From Phoronis australis (Eukaryota > Animalia > Phoronida), in NCBI GenBank assembly GCA_002633005.1, contig NMRA01000045.1, positions 1,233,552-1,297,551 of the forward strand: a DNA stretch of 64,000 nt, given 5' to 3'. A program made the position numbers and the translations under genes. Positions 13,201-28,200 of this stretch are shown here, piece by piece. Within the stretch, counting starts at the first letter, position 1. Each line of letters starts with the position of its first letter. The notes under the pieces are model-generated. The model did no database searches. It was not told the DNA's origin and saw nothing but the letters and a program-made list of their open reading frames with translations.

Positions 13201-16200
13201 GTTTCTCTCCGATCATTGCCACATGGTCCATTTTGTCATTGGAACACCACATATCAATTAAAGTGTCTGTAGCTGATCGTTTGAAGGTCCCAAGGTTACC
13301 TAGGACCTTAACAAACCGCTTCAACTCTTAAGTCAAACATGGAAAAAACTGTACTTTGTAAATCAATAAAAGCAAATATTTTCTGATAGGAGAAAGATCG
13401 AGGATTCTAAAAAAATTTTGTGAACGGCATATATATAAGGGCACACTGGAAATTGTGGGTAGAGGCAAATGCCGCTTTGGTTATTTCAGATCAGTGCATA
13501 AAGGATTAAACAGGGTTGGTTCAAACATTCTCATTCTGCACCTGTTGAAATTTACGGGTTTTCACATGTTTATTTCTTTTCAGGGTCCCGAAGTAGCTAG
13601 CATAACAGAAAGTACAATTGAAAAGACTGATAAAGCCAAGGAGCCTGCTGTTAACACAGGGAAAGAGAAACGCAATTCTGTTGATAACAAGGAGCTGAAA
13701 GCCCCTGTAGACATTACCAATCAGGTAGCACCCCGCAAGGACAAAGAAGACTTGAAATATAAATACAGGGAAGGTACGGAAAACATAGGTACAACGTTTG
13801 TGCAGGTTTGACCTTTACTTTTTCTTGTCGCTTTTGTCCTCTCTGGTTAATTTCTCTTGTAATGTGATGATGTAGGTCATGTTTTTGTCTAACAATGTAA
13901 TATTTTTATATGCCATCATCCCTGTCCCGCGGCCACTGTTCTATCTTCAAAACCCTTTGATGTATGTTCATGAAATTTGGCACATGTTCCTTTCAAGGTT
14001 GAGTAAACTTTTGGATGGATCAGAGTACCGATGTTACCCCTTATGGCAATTTTATTTTTTTAAGTTAAGCTCTGTATCTTCAAAGGTCCGCAACGGATTT
14101 TCATAAAATTTGGCAGTCACCTATTAGTGAGAAGATGCTATCCTCCCGTTTTCTAATGGAGTTGAGGTATTATCCACCACCCTTTTTCGCTGTTTTTGGT
14201 GTCCACCCCTCTATCTACCAAAACTCTCAGGATTGTTGTGAAAAGTGGCATATATGTTCCTACGGCAAGGAGGACAGCTGTCTATGATTTTCCCACCTCG
14301 ACTACAGTGGCGCCCCTAATGGCAATTTCATTTATTTCCCTGTTTTCTCTGTTTCTCTGAAGTTCTTTGAGAGATTTTTCTGAATTTATGATAAAATAGC
14401 TTTCTATTAAGGAAATGATTACATGTTCCTGTTGTGGAATGGATTTGATGTATTTTGCGCCATCTAGTGGCCATTGTGTTATAGTCTGGTTTGGCGTCCG
14501 CCCCTGTGTCAGCCAGACCACTCTAATTATGATTTTGAAATTTGGCATTTATGTTTCTACTGCGAAGAGAATGATGATTTTCAGACGACTTGAGACTCTT
14601 GTGGCACCTACTAGTGGCAATTTTTGTGTCTATGGCCATATCTCTTAAACCCTCTGCAGGATCTTCATTAAATTTGGCAATTGTTGACAATGGACAATTG
14701 GGCAAAACAACAACAACCCTTCCTTTTTGTGATGGATTCAATGTATTCCGTGTCAACTTGTGTCCATTTTTATTTTTTTAGTCTGTTCTTTGTTGTATGC
14801 CAAGCTGCTCAGAGGATCATTGTGAAAATTGGCAGATGTGTTCCTACTAACAAGAACATAACTGACGGGGATTTTCCGACAGGTCCAACTGCTGTGGTGC
14901 CTCCTAGTGACATTCACATGAAACTTGCATGTTCTGTTACTTTATTTTGTTTCAAAAGTATATCTGGAATTTAATTTTAAGAAGTTCTGGTTCTGTTGTC
15001 AAAATGAAAACATAAACATTCCTAGAAAGAACAAAAGTCTTGATTTTTGACAGTTGAGCTCTCTTGCTAAAAGACCTAAAAGGATTATCATAAAAAACTT
15101 CTATTGTAGCTATAAGCTCAAAGAAACAGAATTTGTGAGATGTGTGCAAAAAACATGTGGCTGTGAAATAACACTGTTTGAGAAAAAATGAAATGAACAT
15201 GTGGCCATTATAAAATTTTGCGTTCAGCAAGGATTTTACAAATATATTGTTTCGTGGTAAGTTACTTAAGAATTTCGATCCTTGGTATAAAAGGTAACCT
15301 ATTATATAATGATGGATTTTTCTGCGATGCAGTGCAACACCAATCGTTTTGTCAGTGGCAAGCTTCTTTATACGGTCGTGTAAAAATACTAGTGGAGATT
15401 AAAGAAACCTCTTCAGAGATGAGTCTTAAACGTACTAAGTTGTTTTGTGGTTTTACTCCACTGATCTCTCTGTATGGCCATCCGACTCTGATGAGTACGC
15501 AGAAATTTAGCACGAGAGTGCGCCTGAAAATCTAGCGAGGGGGGTGGCATGTTGTATCCATTGTTGGCGTTGGCAGATGGCTTGCAATCCATTGTCTCCA
15601 TGATTTCTGATTTTTCTATGCCAGTACTGTTATCAGCTTTGCCAATCTAGGGTAAAATTCTCTTTAGAGTGAGTTGAAGATCCAGCCAGGAAACGATCGG
15701 CATGTGTCCAAATTTATTAGAATGTTAGACATTTATTTTTTCATTTTCTGGAATAGGAATTTATTTTTATGTTCCCCACTTAAGTATCTACTAAAAGTTC
15801 AAATGGCTGTAACTCGCGTGCTTGGTTCCAAAGGTTTCAGTTTTAGTTCGCTAACATTTTATGATGCTGCTACCTTTATTTGTTGCTTTTTACTTATCAA
15901 CTAAACCATGACACAACGTGTTTTGTATTGCAAGCCCGCTTTTTAGTTGCTGCCATGTGTTTAATAGTTTTGCATTAAGCATTTTGAGTAGGTGTTTTGT
16001 GATGTTCTTGATACAGCCAATGCTTTGGCATTTCGTCTAAGAAATGAACTTTTGATTGAGACCATTTACTGCTACAGAATTGGTCTCAATTATTCCAGAT
16101 TAGAAGCGATAGTTTGTTATTGCTAGAAGCCATGCTCGGTGAATAAAATGACATGTCACCTTGTAGAAACTGGTCTCTAGCAATAACAAACTGTGTGTTC

Positions 16201-19200
16201 GTTCCAAGCCTGGAAGTCGGACCTATTTTGACAATGGTAATATTTGGAGCTAATTTCATAGTAGTGAGTGCTCTTAATTAAAGTTGGCTACTGTGGTGGA
16301 AAACTAATTCATATCCTCTTAAGGTATGCTGCTGTCTATGCAAAACATGTGTATACCTCTTAAGTGAGTTACCTTTAAGTGGTGCTCTTTGTTGTTTCCA
16401 GAACCGTGGAGTCCAATTGATCATGAAGCCAAGAAGTCGTACGATCGGGACTTTCTTTTGGGTCTACAGTTTGTTGATAAGTCGCTGGAGAAACCCGATG
16501 GCTTACCTCAGCTGTCTGAAGTTATTTTAGATAAGGTAGGTTGTGTCAGGGCTTATGTGTAAAAGCTCATTAGTTAATATTATCTTGGGCAGCTGTGAGA
16601 AAAAAACAAATCATCTAATTGTTTGGTATTGTACACTTGCTTGGCAATACATCCTCAGAATTAAAGGGTTCCAGAACTATGGGGTAAAGGAATGGTAGTC
16701 TATGGTTTGCGAAATCTGATAGACTCGCTGTGTTATTTAATGCTTACAGGTTGTCATGATATTCATTTATTTCAGCCAATCCTGGCCAGGAATGAAGCTG
16801 ACAGGGGGGCAATGCCAAAAGGAGGTATTGTTGACTTCACACCTGGCTATGTCCGGTCTCCACGGGTAAGTGAGTTAAAATGTAGTTGAAGGTCTCTGAA
16901 TAAACTACCATTCTTGTGGCCATTGTTTTTAACACTGTTCTGCCTGCACATGATAATTTAAAATTAGTTGTTTTTGCATCGTCACACAATTATAGACAGT
17001 AGGTGATATAAAATAAGCGGTAACTACTGTATTCTTAACAGGTATCATTAACTGCTCTTGCTAGACATTAGGTTTGCCATTTGAGTGAAGGCTCAAGTAC
17101 TAGCAATAGACAAGTTATTTAACGTTAATGTTACAGGGAAGTATGGGTGGTGGTGGCAGGCGGTCTGGCCAGAGAGACCGGGGCCCTAAACCCCCTAAGG
17201 TCATTAATCTCCCCATTGATAAGAAGGAAGACGTACAGCTCCACCATGCGGAGAATGCCTGGAAACCTGGAAGCTTGAGGAAGGCTGACGATGACCCGGA
17301 AGTCCTCAAAACTGAGGTATTTGATTGTGTTCCCTTTGTCTATTCTGTTGCTGCAGAACCTGTTATATGAGCCAGTCCTGAATGTTTAGAAAATCTGGTT
17401 TTCTATTGGGTTGTACTAGTCACATATTGGAAATATGTCGTCATTTGTTTGACTTTCTGTGTCTGTCTACATTTTTTGGGTTCTCTAATGTGGCTCTCAG
17501 GTTCTTGTGAAACTTAAATACAAGCAAAGGTTCTCAAAAGGACTTTCTCTAGTGTATCAGTGTTGAATGTGCACCACAGCTTTGAACCACAAAAGCAATT
17601 AAAATTCCTACAACCATTATCAGTTGTTATGTATCTGTGTCGAATGTTTCAGTGACGTGTATTGCACTGCTTAAGCTTGGTCGAAATTTTTGCCTGAAGC
17701 CATTTAGTGCATGCACAAGAACCATTTCTTAATTTATTTCCCATCATGCCTGTTAACTATAACCTTACGTCTATTTCACAGGAATTGTACAAGAGAGTAC
17801 GCAGTATTCTAAACAAACTCACACCACAGAAATTCCAGACCTTGGTCACCCAGGTCCTTGACCTGACTATCGATACGGAGGACCGCTTGTCAGGCATCAT
17901 AGACCTTGTGTTCGAAAAGGCCATCGATGAACCTAATTTCAGTGTAGCCTATGCAAATATGTGCAAATACCTTATGCAGGTTGGTGAACAATGTTCATAA
18001 GGGCTGTTCCAGCAAAAAACGTATGGGAGGATGGGAAGGCACTTTCATTTTTTACCCACAGCCCAGTTTTTCTTTTATTTCTCTAACCCATGACCCATAA
18101 TTTTTAATCAGGTAAAAATATAAAATACAACTTCCCATAATATTAAATTATGCTTGAAATGTATATGGTTAAATTAGGTTTTATTCTCTTAAGATATTTT
18201 CGGTCTTCAGTGTTTCATGAGCCCACAGCGGTCCAGCAGACACATCATCGGCTCCCTCTGAGGCAAGGAATAAAAACTCGGGCATGCTTTCCAGTGAAGA
18301 GTGATAAATGAATTAATGAACAGGAATTTTGTTATGTGCCCTTCTTGTGCATTGCAAATGGCAGATGCTAAGAGTGCTCATTATTTCAAATTTCCTACAA
18401 GAAGGAACAACACTTCTTAACAAATTGCCTCTATGATGACAGAAAAGCACTATCTGTGTTGTCGAAAACTAAAGCAGTCGAGAGAGTGGTCAAATCAAAA
18501 CGAAAATCGACTTCTGTCCGTGCATCCATCCCTGCCGTATATCTTCGTGCCAAATTTCATCCAGTGGTGCCAAGCAGGTTTTGAGATAATCTACCTGTCT
18601 TGTCAAAAACTAAAATGGCCAACAGTAGGTGCTGCAGTAGCCAAATCTGTCCGAAAAATGACTGGCGCCGTCGCATACCAGCCATCTATCTCTGTCAAAT
18701 GGCATGATCCATTGAGCGCGTTTTCAAGATAATTGACGGACAAGCAATGACTTAAGCAGTGAAAGCCTAACAGAGTGTGCCACAGTTGTTGAATCTGTCC
18801 AAAAATTGACTGGTGCCAGGACATTTTTGTCATATACATCTGTATCGAATTTCATCGTGATCTCTCAAGCAATTTTTGACATAATGGGCTTGTCGAAAAC
18901 TAAAACTCCCAACATTGAGTACCACGGTAGCCAAATTCGTCCAAAAATCGACCGTCCAAGTACCTCTATATCAAATTTCATCATGATCCGATGAACGGAC
19001 AGATGAACGGATGGACCGGATGCCGACTATATGTGGGTGCAGAAAAATTCCAAGTGAGATCAACTCGTTTCATCAGAAACTTGCTTTTCACAAAGACACC
19101 TGTGAGCAATACTTTAGGCAGCCACCAGGTGTCTATTTCCACCATGTGTCTCTGTAATTTCAATAACATTTTTTCAATTTCCAGAATCTATGAATTTCAA

Positions 19201-22200
19201 AGTGTTTCCACGAACACTCGTAGGCTGCTATGCCAAATGAATATTGGAACTTTATGTGTTAGCACATTTAGTGTTGCAATAATTTTCATTCTAATATGGC
19301 TGTACAACCTCTGCCTGTAATCAAGTTACCCATGACTTGAGTAAAGGCATAGTGTACATATTGCATTCTGTACACTGGTAACGTGGGCTTGCTTTGATGT
19401 TTTGGGTATTTTTGGGCATCTGCCAAGTGAATTTTTGGTGAGTTTTGAATTTTTTTCAGATGGTATTGAGGTCATGTTTGACCGAAAATACCCACCTGTC
19501 GACATTTACCGGACAAAAATACCAACCACTTTTAATGATATACTTCCCATATTTTAAATTTTCTTCAAAAGACAACCACATAATTTTTATTTCAGCTGTC
19601 AGTCCCCCTCTGCCCTCCCATACGGATTTTGCTGGAGCAGCCCTTACGATAACTTCTGTTCAATTAATGATTTTATTGACTACTGAGGATTTTAAGACAG
19701 TGTCAATGTAAATGGGACTTATGTTGGGGGTTATTTTTATTTGCAGTTTGAGCAGTTTGTAGAAACAGAATTTGAATGCTTCTGTAGACACTTGTAAATC
19801 ATTGTTAATTGTCTCACTAATCTTTTAGCCCTGGCTTCGACTGATTCAAACTTCAAATTTGAAATGAACAGATCGTGTAGTATTAGGTTTGGTCAAGTTC
19901 ATTTGTTTATTATGCACCCACATGTTTATATGAGGGTGTGTTATGCCGCCATCCCTGTTCATCCGTATGGCATCTGTTGCGCTATCTCCAAAACCCTTTG
20001 ACGTATGTTCATGAAATTTTACAAAATGTTTCTTTCGTGGATGGAAAGGCGTGAGCTAAAGTTTGGACAGATCTGGCTACCAGTGTCCTCCTAGTGGCAA
20101 TTTTAGTATTTAGGTTTCTTCTTTCTTTGGAGGTCCTTAATAGATTTTCATAAAATTTGGCTAATAGGTATCTATAAGAGAGGTATTTTGCGCCACCTAT
20201 TGATCATTTTTACTGTTTTTGTTTGGTGTCCACCCCTTTACCAACCAAACCACTCTAAGGATGATTGGGAGAATTGGTATATATGTTCCTACTGTGAAGA
20301 GAACGGCTGGCGACGATTTTCGGTTGAATTTGACTGCTGTGGCACCTGCTAGTGGCAGTTTTTTTGTGTCCTTCACTGTATCTCCAAAATCCTGTGCAAG
20401 ACCTTTGTTAGTTTGGCAAGGCTATTTGTAGAACCATTCGTCATCTGGAAAGTTTTCCTTTACTTGTCATTGGTCATTACAAGCCCTCGTGTTTGATCCA
20501 ATAGGTAAAAGTACCCGCAAAAGACAAACCAAATGAAGTAGTTGGCTTCCGCAAGCTTTTACTGAGCAGATGTCAGCGAGAGTTTGAAAAGGATGCGTCT
20601 GAGGAGCATGACCTTGTCGAGATGCAGAAGAAGGTTGATGCGGCACCCAGTGTGAGTATTCACGTGACCAATAAGTACAGGATTTAATATAAACAAGCAT
20701 GCTTAGTTGCTTGAATTCTGACTTTGTGGTATTGCTTCATGCCTTGCAGTTAGATTTGAAAATTTCCTTGTGTGAATTGTTATCCATTCTTTGAACAACG
20801 TCAATTGAAAAGTAAATTGGTTTCTTTTTTAAAAACTTATCAATTTTGTTCCTTGCCCAAGAGCAATATATGATAACCAGAAAAGTCGTTCATGTCTTCC
20901 TGAATCCTAGAAGTCTCCTTGTTGACCTTGTCCGATAACCAAGTCATTAAGCGACTGAACTGGATTATCTTAGTACCATTTGAGTTTTGGAAAAAGTATA
21001 CAGTACAGTTCATGCAAAACTAATGAAGAAAATGGGGTGGTAATTCTAAGATATATATTGTGCTTAACACGTCATTTGCCCGGCATGTCCTGTCCCTGGG
21101 TCTACAACACAGTAACATGATGATGTCATAGTTCAGCTGATCCTCATGCTGTATAAAACTTTCGCCCCTATCTGACACTGTGTTGGACTTACCTTGTGGC
21201 CGGCTGGTTTGTTGTTTGTGCTACCGACTTTTAATTAGTGTTCTTTCGTTCATTAGGAAGAGGAAAAGAAGAAACTCCAGGATGCATTGGAAGAAAAGAT
21301 GTATATGGTCAAGCGAAGGTCACTAGGAAATATTAGGTAAATATTTGTCTTTAATCTTGTTAATGCAGCGAATTTCGAACTTCAATTATGAGTTTGGTGT
21401 TTATTCTTTAACTAACGAGTGCGTAATTTGAGTTGCAGTTTCAACACATAATTGAGCCACTGTCACGTTTTGGCAAGACAATAGGCATTTGCTGCTCAAA
21501 CTGGCTACTAGGGTATTAACTCCATCAACTGTTCTTTTAGTCCATGTGTGAAAACTCTTTAGTCCGTTAATATTACTCACAGGTTCATTGGAGAGCTATT
21601 TAAGTTAAAGATGTTGACAGAAGCAATCATGCATGACTGTTTGCTCAAACTTTTGAAGTCCATGGATGAAGACAGCTTGGAGTGTCTGTGCAGGCTATTA
21701 ATGACAATAGGGAAAGATATAGATCATGAAAAAGCAAAGGTGAGTAAATTCCAGTACCAAGTGTGCTTATGTTTGCATTACGATTTGAGGTTTGACTACT
21801 TTTTGGCACTGAGGTTGTTACAAACATAATAGAGAAGTAAGTCTAGGGAATGTGAACCGTCAGTCTCATTCAAAACTGTGGATGCGTCACTTAAAACAAT
21901 GAAAACAACACAGAATAAGCCCACAGTATTAAACACAGCCTATGAAACACCATTGAGTTATAAACTAAATGACTTGACTAAGCGAAATACAACTTTCAAG
22001 GTCACAAAAATTGCCGAAGTGGCTGCACCCACTAAAAGTGTGACCTACAAAACATGCGAAAGACACAAAACTAGCCGCCGTGAAAACCACAAATACCAAC
22101 AACATTCTCAGATATCTAGCAGTACAGTTACAAAACTATAAACATACTCAAGTGGTAATGAACATGCATTGCATTATCTTGTAACAAGCTACACAGCACG

Positions 22201-25200
22201 TCTGACTGTGTCAAAAGGTGCAGGTAGAATGCCCCAATCCAGTCACAAAATTAATAGATTCACACTTACTAACAGCGCCCCCAAGCGGCAACTGGCAACA
22301 CCAGATGCAGTCAGCAGACATACACCTGAAATGAAAAGCTTCCATAACAGAGGTTAAAGTTCTGTGAGCTGTTTTACATGTAAAAAGTAATGGTAATGAA
22401 CATTGATTATTTGCTTGCAGCCAAGGGTTGACCAATATTTCCAACAGATGAATAAGATTGTGATGCAGCGAAAAACATCTGCAAGGGTCAGGTTCATGTT
22501 ACAAGATGTCATGGATTTACGCCAGGTTTGTGTTCGGCATTTGGCCGTGTTTATTATTTTAATTGTAATTGACATAGTTTAACATTTTGTCACTTGGCAA
22601 TGAGGACGCGTAATGTTGTGATTGCTACATATGATCATTTGATATACGCTATTCTGAACCTTGTTTAGATTGTAGTTCAGATACAAAAACATATATGGAA
22701 TTGGGGTTAGAGAAATTATGGTCATGCAATTTTCTTCAGAGTAATTGGGTTCCTCGACGTGCAGATAATAACCCCAAGACAATAGCCCAGATTCATCAAG
22801 AAGCTGCCAAAGAAGCTCAGGAAAAGACCATTTTGGCCCAGCAGAACCTGGAAAAGGCAAAGAAAGTTGGCAAAGAGAGAGGAAGTAAGTTTGAAAGGGT
22901 TGTGTTCGATGTGATGTATTGTACATTACATTGTGTGCTGTGTAAAATAAATAATGTAAATTTGTGCTTCACACACTTAAGTTAGCTTGTGCAGTGAATT
23001 GGCTTGGTGGTTGAGACTATTTCAGGCAGTACTTAATGTTGATTTGTAGTTTTCTTGGCAGTTCATGTAGAAATAAGTTGTCATTAAATGAAACTGCTGT
23101 TATATGCAACAGGTCGTGATGAAACTGGTTGGAGTACTGTGAGTGCCTCAAAAGCTAGCCGGATAGATCCTTCCAAGATGAAGATCTCTAAAGTGAGTCT
23201 CTATGCTACAGGTTGTCCCAACAATGTACTCACACTTCTGATGGTAGGGTTTGTAATCAGCTCCTCTGGATGAGACTGTGCTTGGCCCTACTGTACGATT
23301 ACTCCTTGTTATGCGCCCACATATTTATATGTGGACGCATTATGCCGTCATCTCCGTCCGTCCGNNNNNNNNNNNNNNNNNNNNNNNNNNNNNNNNNNNN
23401 NNNNNNNNNNNNNNNNNNNNNNNNNNNNNNNNNNNNNNNNNNNNNNNNNNNNNNNNNNNNNNNNNNNNNNNNNNNNNNNNNNNNNNNNNNNNNNNNNNNN
23501 NNNNNNNNNNNNNNNNNNNNNNNNNNNNNNNNNNNNNNNNNNNNNNNNNNNNNNNNNNNNNNNNNNNNNNNNNNNNNNNNNNNNNNNNNNNNNNNNNNNN
23601 NNNNNNNNNNNNNNNNNNNNNNNNNNNNNNNNNNNNNNNNNNNNNNNNNNNNNNNNNNNNNNNNNNNNNNNNNNNNNNNNNNNNNNNNNNNNNNNNNNNN
23701 NNNNNNNNNNNNNNNNNNNNNNNNNNNNNNNNNNNNNNNNNNNNNNNNNNNNNNNNNNNNNNNNNNNNNNNNNNNNNNNNNNNNNNNNNNNNNNNNNNNN
23801 NNNNNNNNNNNNNNNNNNNNNNNNNNNNNNNNNNNNNNNNNNNNNNNNNNNNNNNNNNNNNNNNNNNNNNNNNNNNNNNNNNNNNNNNNNNNNNNNNNNN
23901 NNNNNNNNNNNNNNNNNNNNNNNNNNNNNNNNNNNNNNNNNNNNNNNNNNNNNNNNNNNNNNNNNNNNNNNNNNNNNNNNNNNNNNNNNNNNNNNNNNNN
24001 NNNNNNNNNNNNNNNNNNNNNNNNNNNNNNNNNNNNNNNNNNNNNNNNNNNNNNNNNNNNNNNNNNNNNNNNNNNNNNNNNNNNNNNNNNNNNNNNNNNN
24101 NNNNNNNNNNNNNNNNNNNNNNNNNNNNNNNNNNNNNNNNNNNNNNNNNNNNNNNNNNNNNNNNNNNNNNNNNNNNNNNNNNNNNNNNNNNNNNNNNNNN
24201 NNNNNNNNNNNNNNNNNNNNNNNNNNNNNNNNNNNNNNNNNNNNNNNNNNNNNNNNNNNNNNNNNNNTATTTCACATTGACCTCTGTATTTTCATAGGTC
24301 TTCAGGTGTATACTTTGTGTTACTTCGTGACTATGAAGGAAAAGTTCCAAGTAGAAATTTGTTTCTGGCATTCTAATGCTGTGCTAATCTCGTATGTTGG
24401 TAAATTTGTTTTTAATTCTATGTTTCTGTGGTGCTTTAAGCAACTGATGCATAGGATGTGCTTGTATTATGAAGATCACTCACATTTTGAAACCTAACCT
24501 ATTGAGGAGACAATGACCATGCCTTTCCATTTTGCAAAGTACAACATACTACATATATGCCCTCTACTGGCCACTTTATGGTACCAATAAACAACCCTAG
24601 AAGGATACCGTATATACGGTGCAATTGTGGGCGCATTTCAACGCTCTGCGTTGCTCTTGTTGTGAAAGTAGGCAGTGGAGCCATGACTTGCTGTCTGTTA
24701 AGGAATGGTAAACAAAGGACACTGATCAAAAATTTATTGCACAGTGCTACTGGAAACTCAAAGATGCCAAAGAACTGCACAGTCAGTCAACTTCACGAGT
24801 TAATCTAGGATGCACTTATTTTGCTTTAAAGTCAGGGTTCTTTTTTTATTAACTTTTCTTAAATTTAAACTAGTTAGCTTGTTCCTAATTCAATAAGCAA
24901 GGTTGTCATTTGAGGGTGGGTACATTTTGGGACACCCTGTAGTTCATTATTTATTTTGGGTTATGACCCTAACCATTATGGTGTCATCTGCCACTGTTGC
25001 GAAAGTATTTCATGTGAAGTGGTTTGAAAGTGTAATAAACACTCAATGCCTTCTTACATGCATTTTGTAGATGCTAAAACCTTGTAAAAATGCACAACTT
25101 TTCGAGATAGTGAGTCATTCTTAACTCATTCGATTCAGCTCATATGGGTGCTAGCAGTTATATCCTAAAAGAAATAGTTTAGGCAAACTGCATTTTTCCA

Positions 25201-28200
25201 CCTCTGCAAAAGCTGAGTGCTGAATCTGAGGTGTTCAAATTCTAGTACTTATGTGGAATTAGCAAACTGTTAGTTTTTTTTATGGGAATCTTTTTTGTGA
25301 CTGACCGCAAGATGGCACCTCATTTCAAGTTTATATGAATAACTTTCTGAGGTTTTTGCTAGTTTCTGCTCTATCGGGACACAATACGTGATTTTCAAAA
25401 TGTGATCTCACATTGAGTATTCTATAGTATAAAGAATCCATATTGATGCCTTCAGCGTATAATTTTTGCTTGTTCTATTTAGCAAAATGTTGACGAGAAT
25501 ATCCAGCTGGGTCCTGGTGGCCGTCCAGGAGCGTTTGGTGCTTGGGGGCGTGGCAGTAGTGGAGGTGGTAAGCAGCAGGCCCAGGAGAATGACAGACCAT
25601 CCACACCTGGCAACAGGTAAGCTAATTGCTCAAATCAGTTTTACAGTTACCTGCATGAATTGATATTTTCTTGTGTCCGTTGATTAGGCAGTAGTAAGTA
25701 ATGAAGTCACCTATGTTGTGTCTGTGTTGCACTCCTTCTTATAATAAAACCAAAAGCAGATCCTCCTGTAATTTATACGTCTGTCATTTCATGACAGTTT
25801 CTTGAATACATGCTTTTTTCACTGGCTGCCTTCTTTTTGTGACTGTGGTAAAGTTTTTGACACATCAATGCAAAGTGGGATCTTTAGTCATCACACAGTT
25901 CCGTCTGAGGTACAGTGTTGTTGTTGCCATTAGTAACCGAGTGTTACCTGTGCAGGTATGCTGCTCTTGGCGGTGGATCAGACATGGATAGGGGCAGAGG
26001 TGTAGGCAGAGGCATGGGCTCGGGTCGTGAGTCACCGAGGCCTAGCAGAGGCTCTTTGGGGTCAGCAGCTAGTCGTGGCAGAGTGCCATCAAGGCCTTCA
26101 CAAGAAGATAAAGACAGGCAAGCTGCCATCAACGCTGCCAGGTGAGTGGATTCTGAAGAGATCTTGTTGAATGTAGATATATTTTGCTCAATTTTTTTGT
26201 CCCTAGTTTTCCACTGAACGAAGCTGAAATCATTGTCGAAGTACAGTTGGTACCATTGACTGATGTCAAATAAGGCTCATTCTACTCTTTTCCGTAGTTG
26301 AAAGCCTCTGTTCATAAGAACTGGTGAAGTGTTCTTTTCAGTCCGGTCAGAAATTTTAATCATATCACTCACTCAAAGGTTCGGATTCTTATTCACACAT
26401 TGATATACTTGCATGTGCTCTAGATCCATTGGACGCGGATCACGAGAGGGCTCAAGGGATAATAGTCGTGAGCCCGCACCCAAGCCAGCTACTGCAACTC
26501 CGCCGTTGGAGAAACAACAAGAAATGCCTGACGAAACTCTGATGAGGAAAGCCAAATCTATTATGGATGAGTTCTTGCATATTAATGATCTCAAGGTTAG
26601 TGTTATTTCAAAAAATTCTGTTGATATGTGTGTTGGGAAGTGGTACCAGTATGTTTAAAAACCGCCCAGTTTATTCATCGAATTACTTGTAGAAGCTGGC
26701 TCATTTTGAATATGTTTACTTTGAGAAGGACTGAATTTAAAGATACTGCTTGATAAAAGTGTGACTAGTGTTTCCAAATGGCGTTACTATTCCTAGGATT
26801 GTGCTGAATCTAGCTCTTGTATTCCTTTGGTTTTAGTTATCAGTTTGAACATGATAGTATGCTAGTCTGTGAAAAGCAGTTTCCCTACTTTTAGCTTCCA
26901 TTGTAGTGCTGGAAAATTGCTAGAAATTCTCAGAAACAGTTTCCGTTGTTATAAGATGGAGATGATCACCAAATTATGCATATGTTCTGTGCAAGACTGC
27001 ATGAAAGTGGCCAGGCTCTCATTTGCGACGTCATCTGGATGATCTACATTTGTGGCTGTCATTCAGTGCATTTGTCCTGAATTTTTGCAGGAAGCAGTGT
27101 TGTGTGTGAAGGAGCTGGGTAACTTGTCTAACATGCATGTGTTTGTCACACAATGTCTTAACCACGTCCTTGAACGGTCACAGAAGGCACGAGAACACGC
27201 GGGCAATCTACTTCATGATGTCGTCAAGTTGGGCTACATAACAGTTGACCAGTACATGAAGGGGTAGGCCATAAATTTGATCTGTGCATCTTCACAGTAA
27301 AATTAGTGCATTTTCAACTGAGGCAGGATAGCTTAACATGTGTATGAAACCCATAGGAAATGCATGGTAATGCCAGCATGACTAAGGTGTTAGTTTGGGA
27401 AATTGTTCCCAAGTGTTTGTTTAGCATTTATAATAAACTAAAAAAAGTGCAAATGACGTGATACCTTTTGTGATGGTCGTCCATTAGTTTCTGTTGATAA
27501 AAACGTACACGTAAATGCTGTGTTGATTCAGTCTGTGTTCTTTGCCGCCAGGTTGAAAGACGTTCTGGAGTATGCTGAGGACATGGAAATTGACGTGCCC
27601 AAAATCTGGGTCTACTTATCTGAACTTATTAGTCCTATGGTGCAAGACACAAACTGTGTACCACTCAGCTTCCTCAAAGATACGTGTCAGTCTCTCGTTG
27701 AAACTAATAAAGCAGGGAAACTTGTGGCTTCCATCCTTCACATAGCTAGTCAACGACTGGTGAGTTTGTGTTTACCGCTTCGCAGGTTGTTAATGTTTAA
27801 CAGTATTAATAGTCAGTTACACAGGGAAAACTTATGGATGGGGTTTAATGAAGTATGTAGCAGATTCTGAATGTAGGTATAGTACCAACTGGTTACATTT
27901 GGGGAATGGGGTCTGGTTATGACACTGTTAAATGCAAAATATGGGAAAGGTGCCGTTTAGCAACCTCGCTACCTTATCCTGGGCATTATCATGAATAAAC
28001 TAGAATCCAGTATGAGTAATGCTGGAGTGAATGAAATGTTCCTATTTGTAGGGAAGCAGTGTTGTTTTGAGAAGAACATTTGCTCATGGATTGCTTTCTA
28101 AATTAGCATGCCTTATGCGCAGATTTTCAAAACTTTCTCTATCACTACAGGGTCATCGAAGAGTTGGAGATTTGTGGCAACAAAATCAGTTGTTATGGAC

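Noticed and set aside
15485-15520. CTGATGAG...GAAA resembling a hammerhead ribozyme core
   Set aside because: I could not build stems I and III, and stem II is malformed.
23213-24497. Four long ORFs of 339-388 aa
   Set aside because: Artefacts of translating through the N gap.
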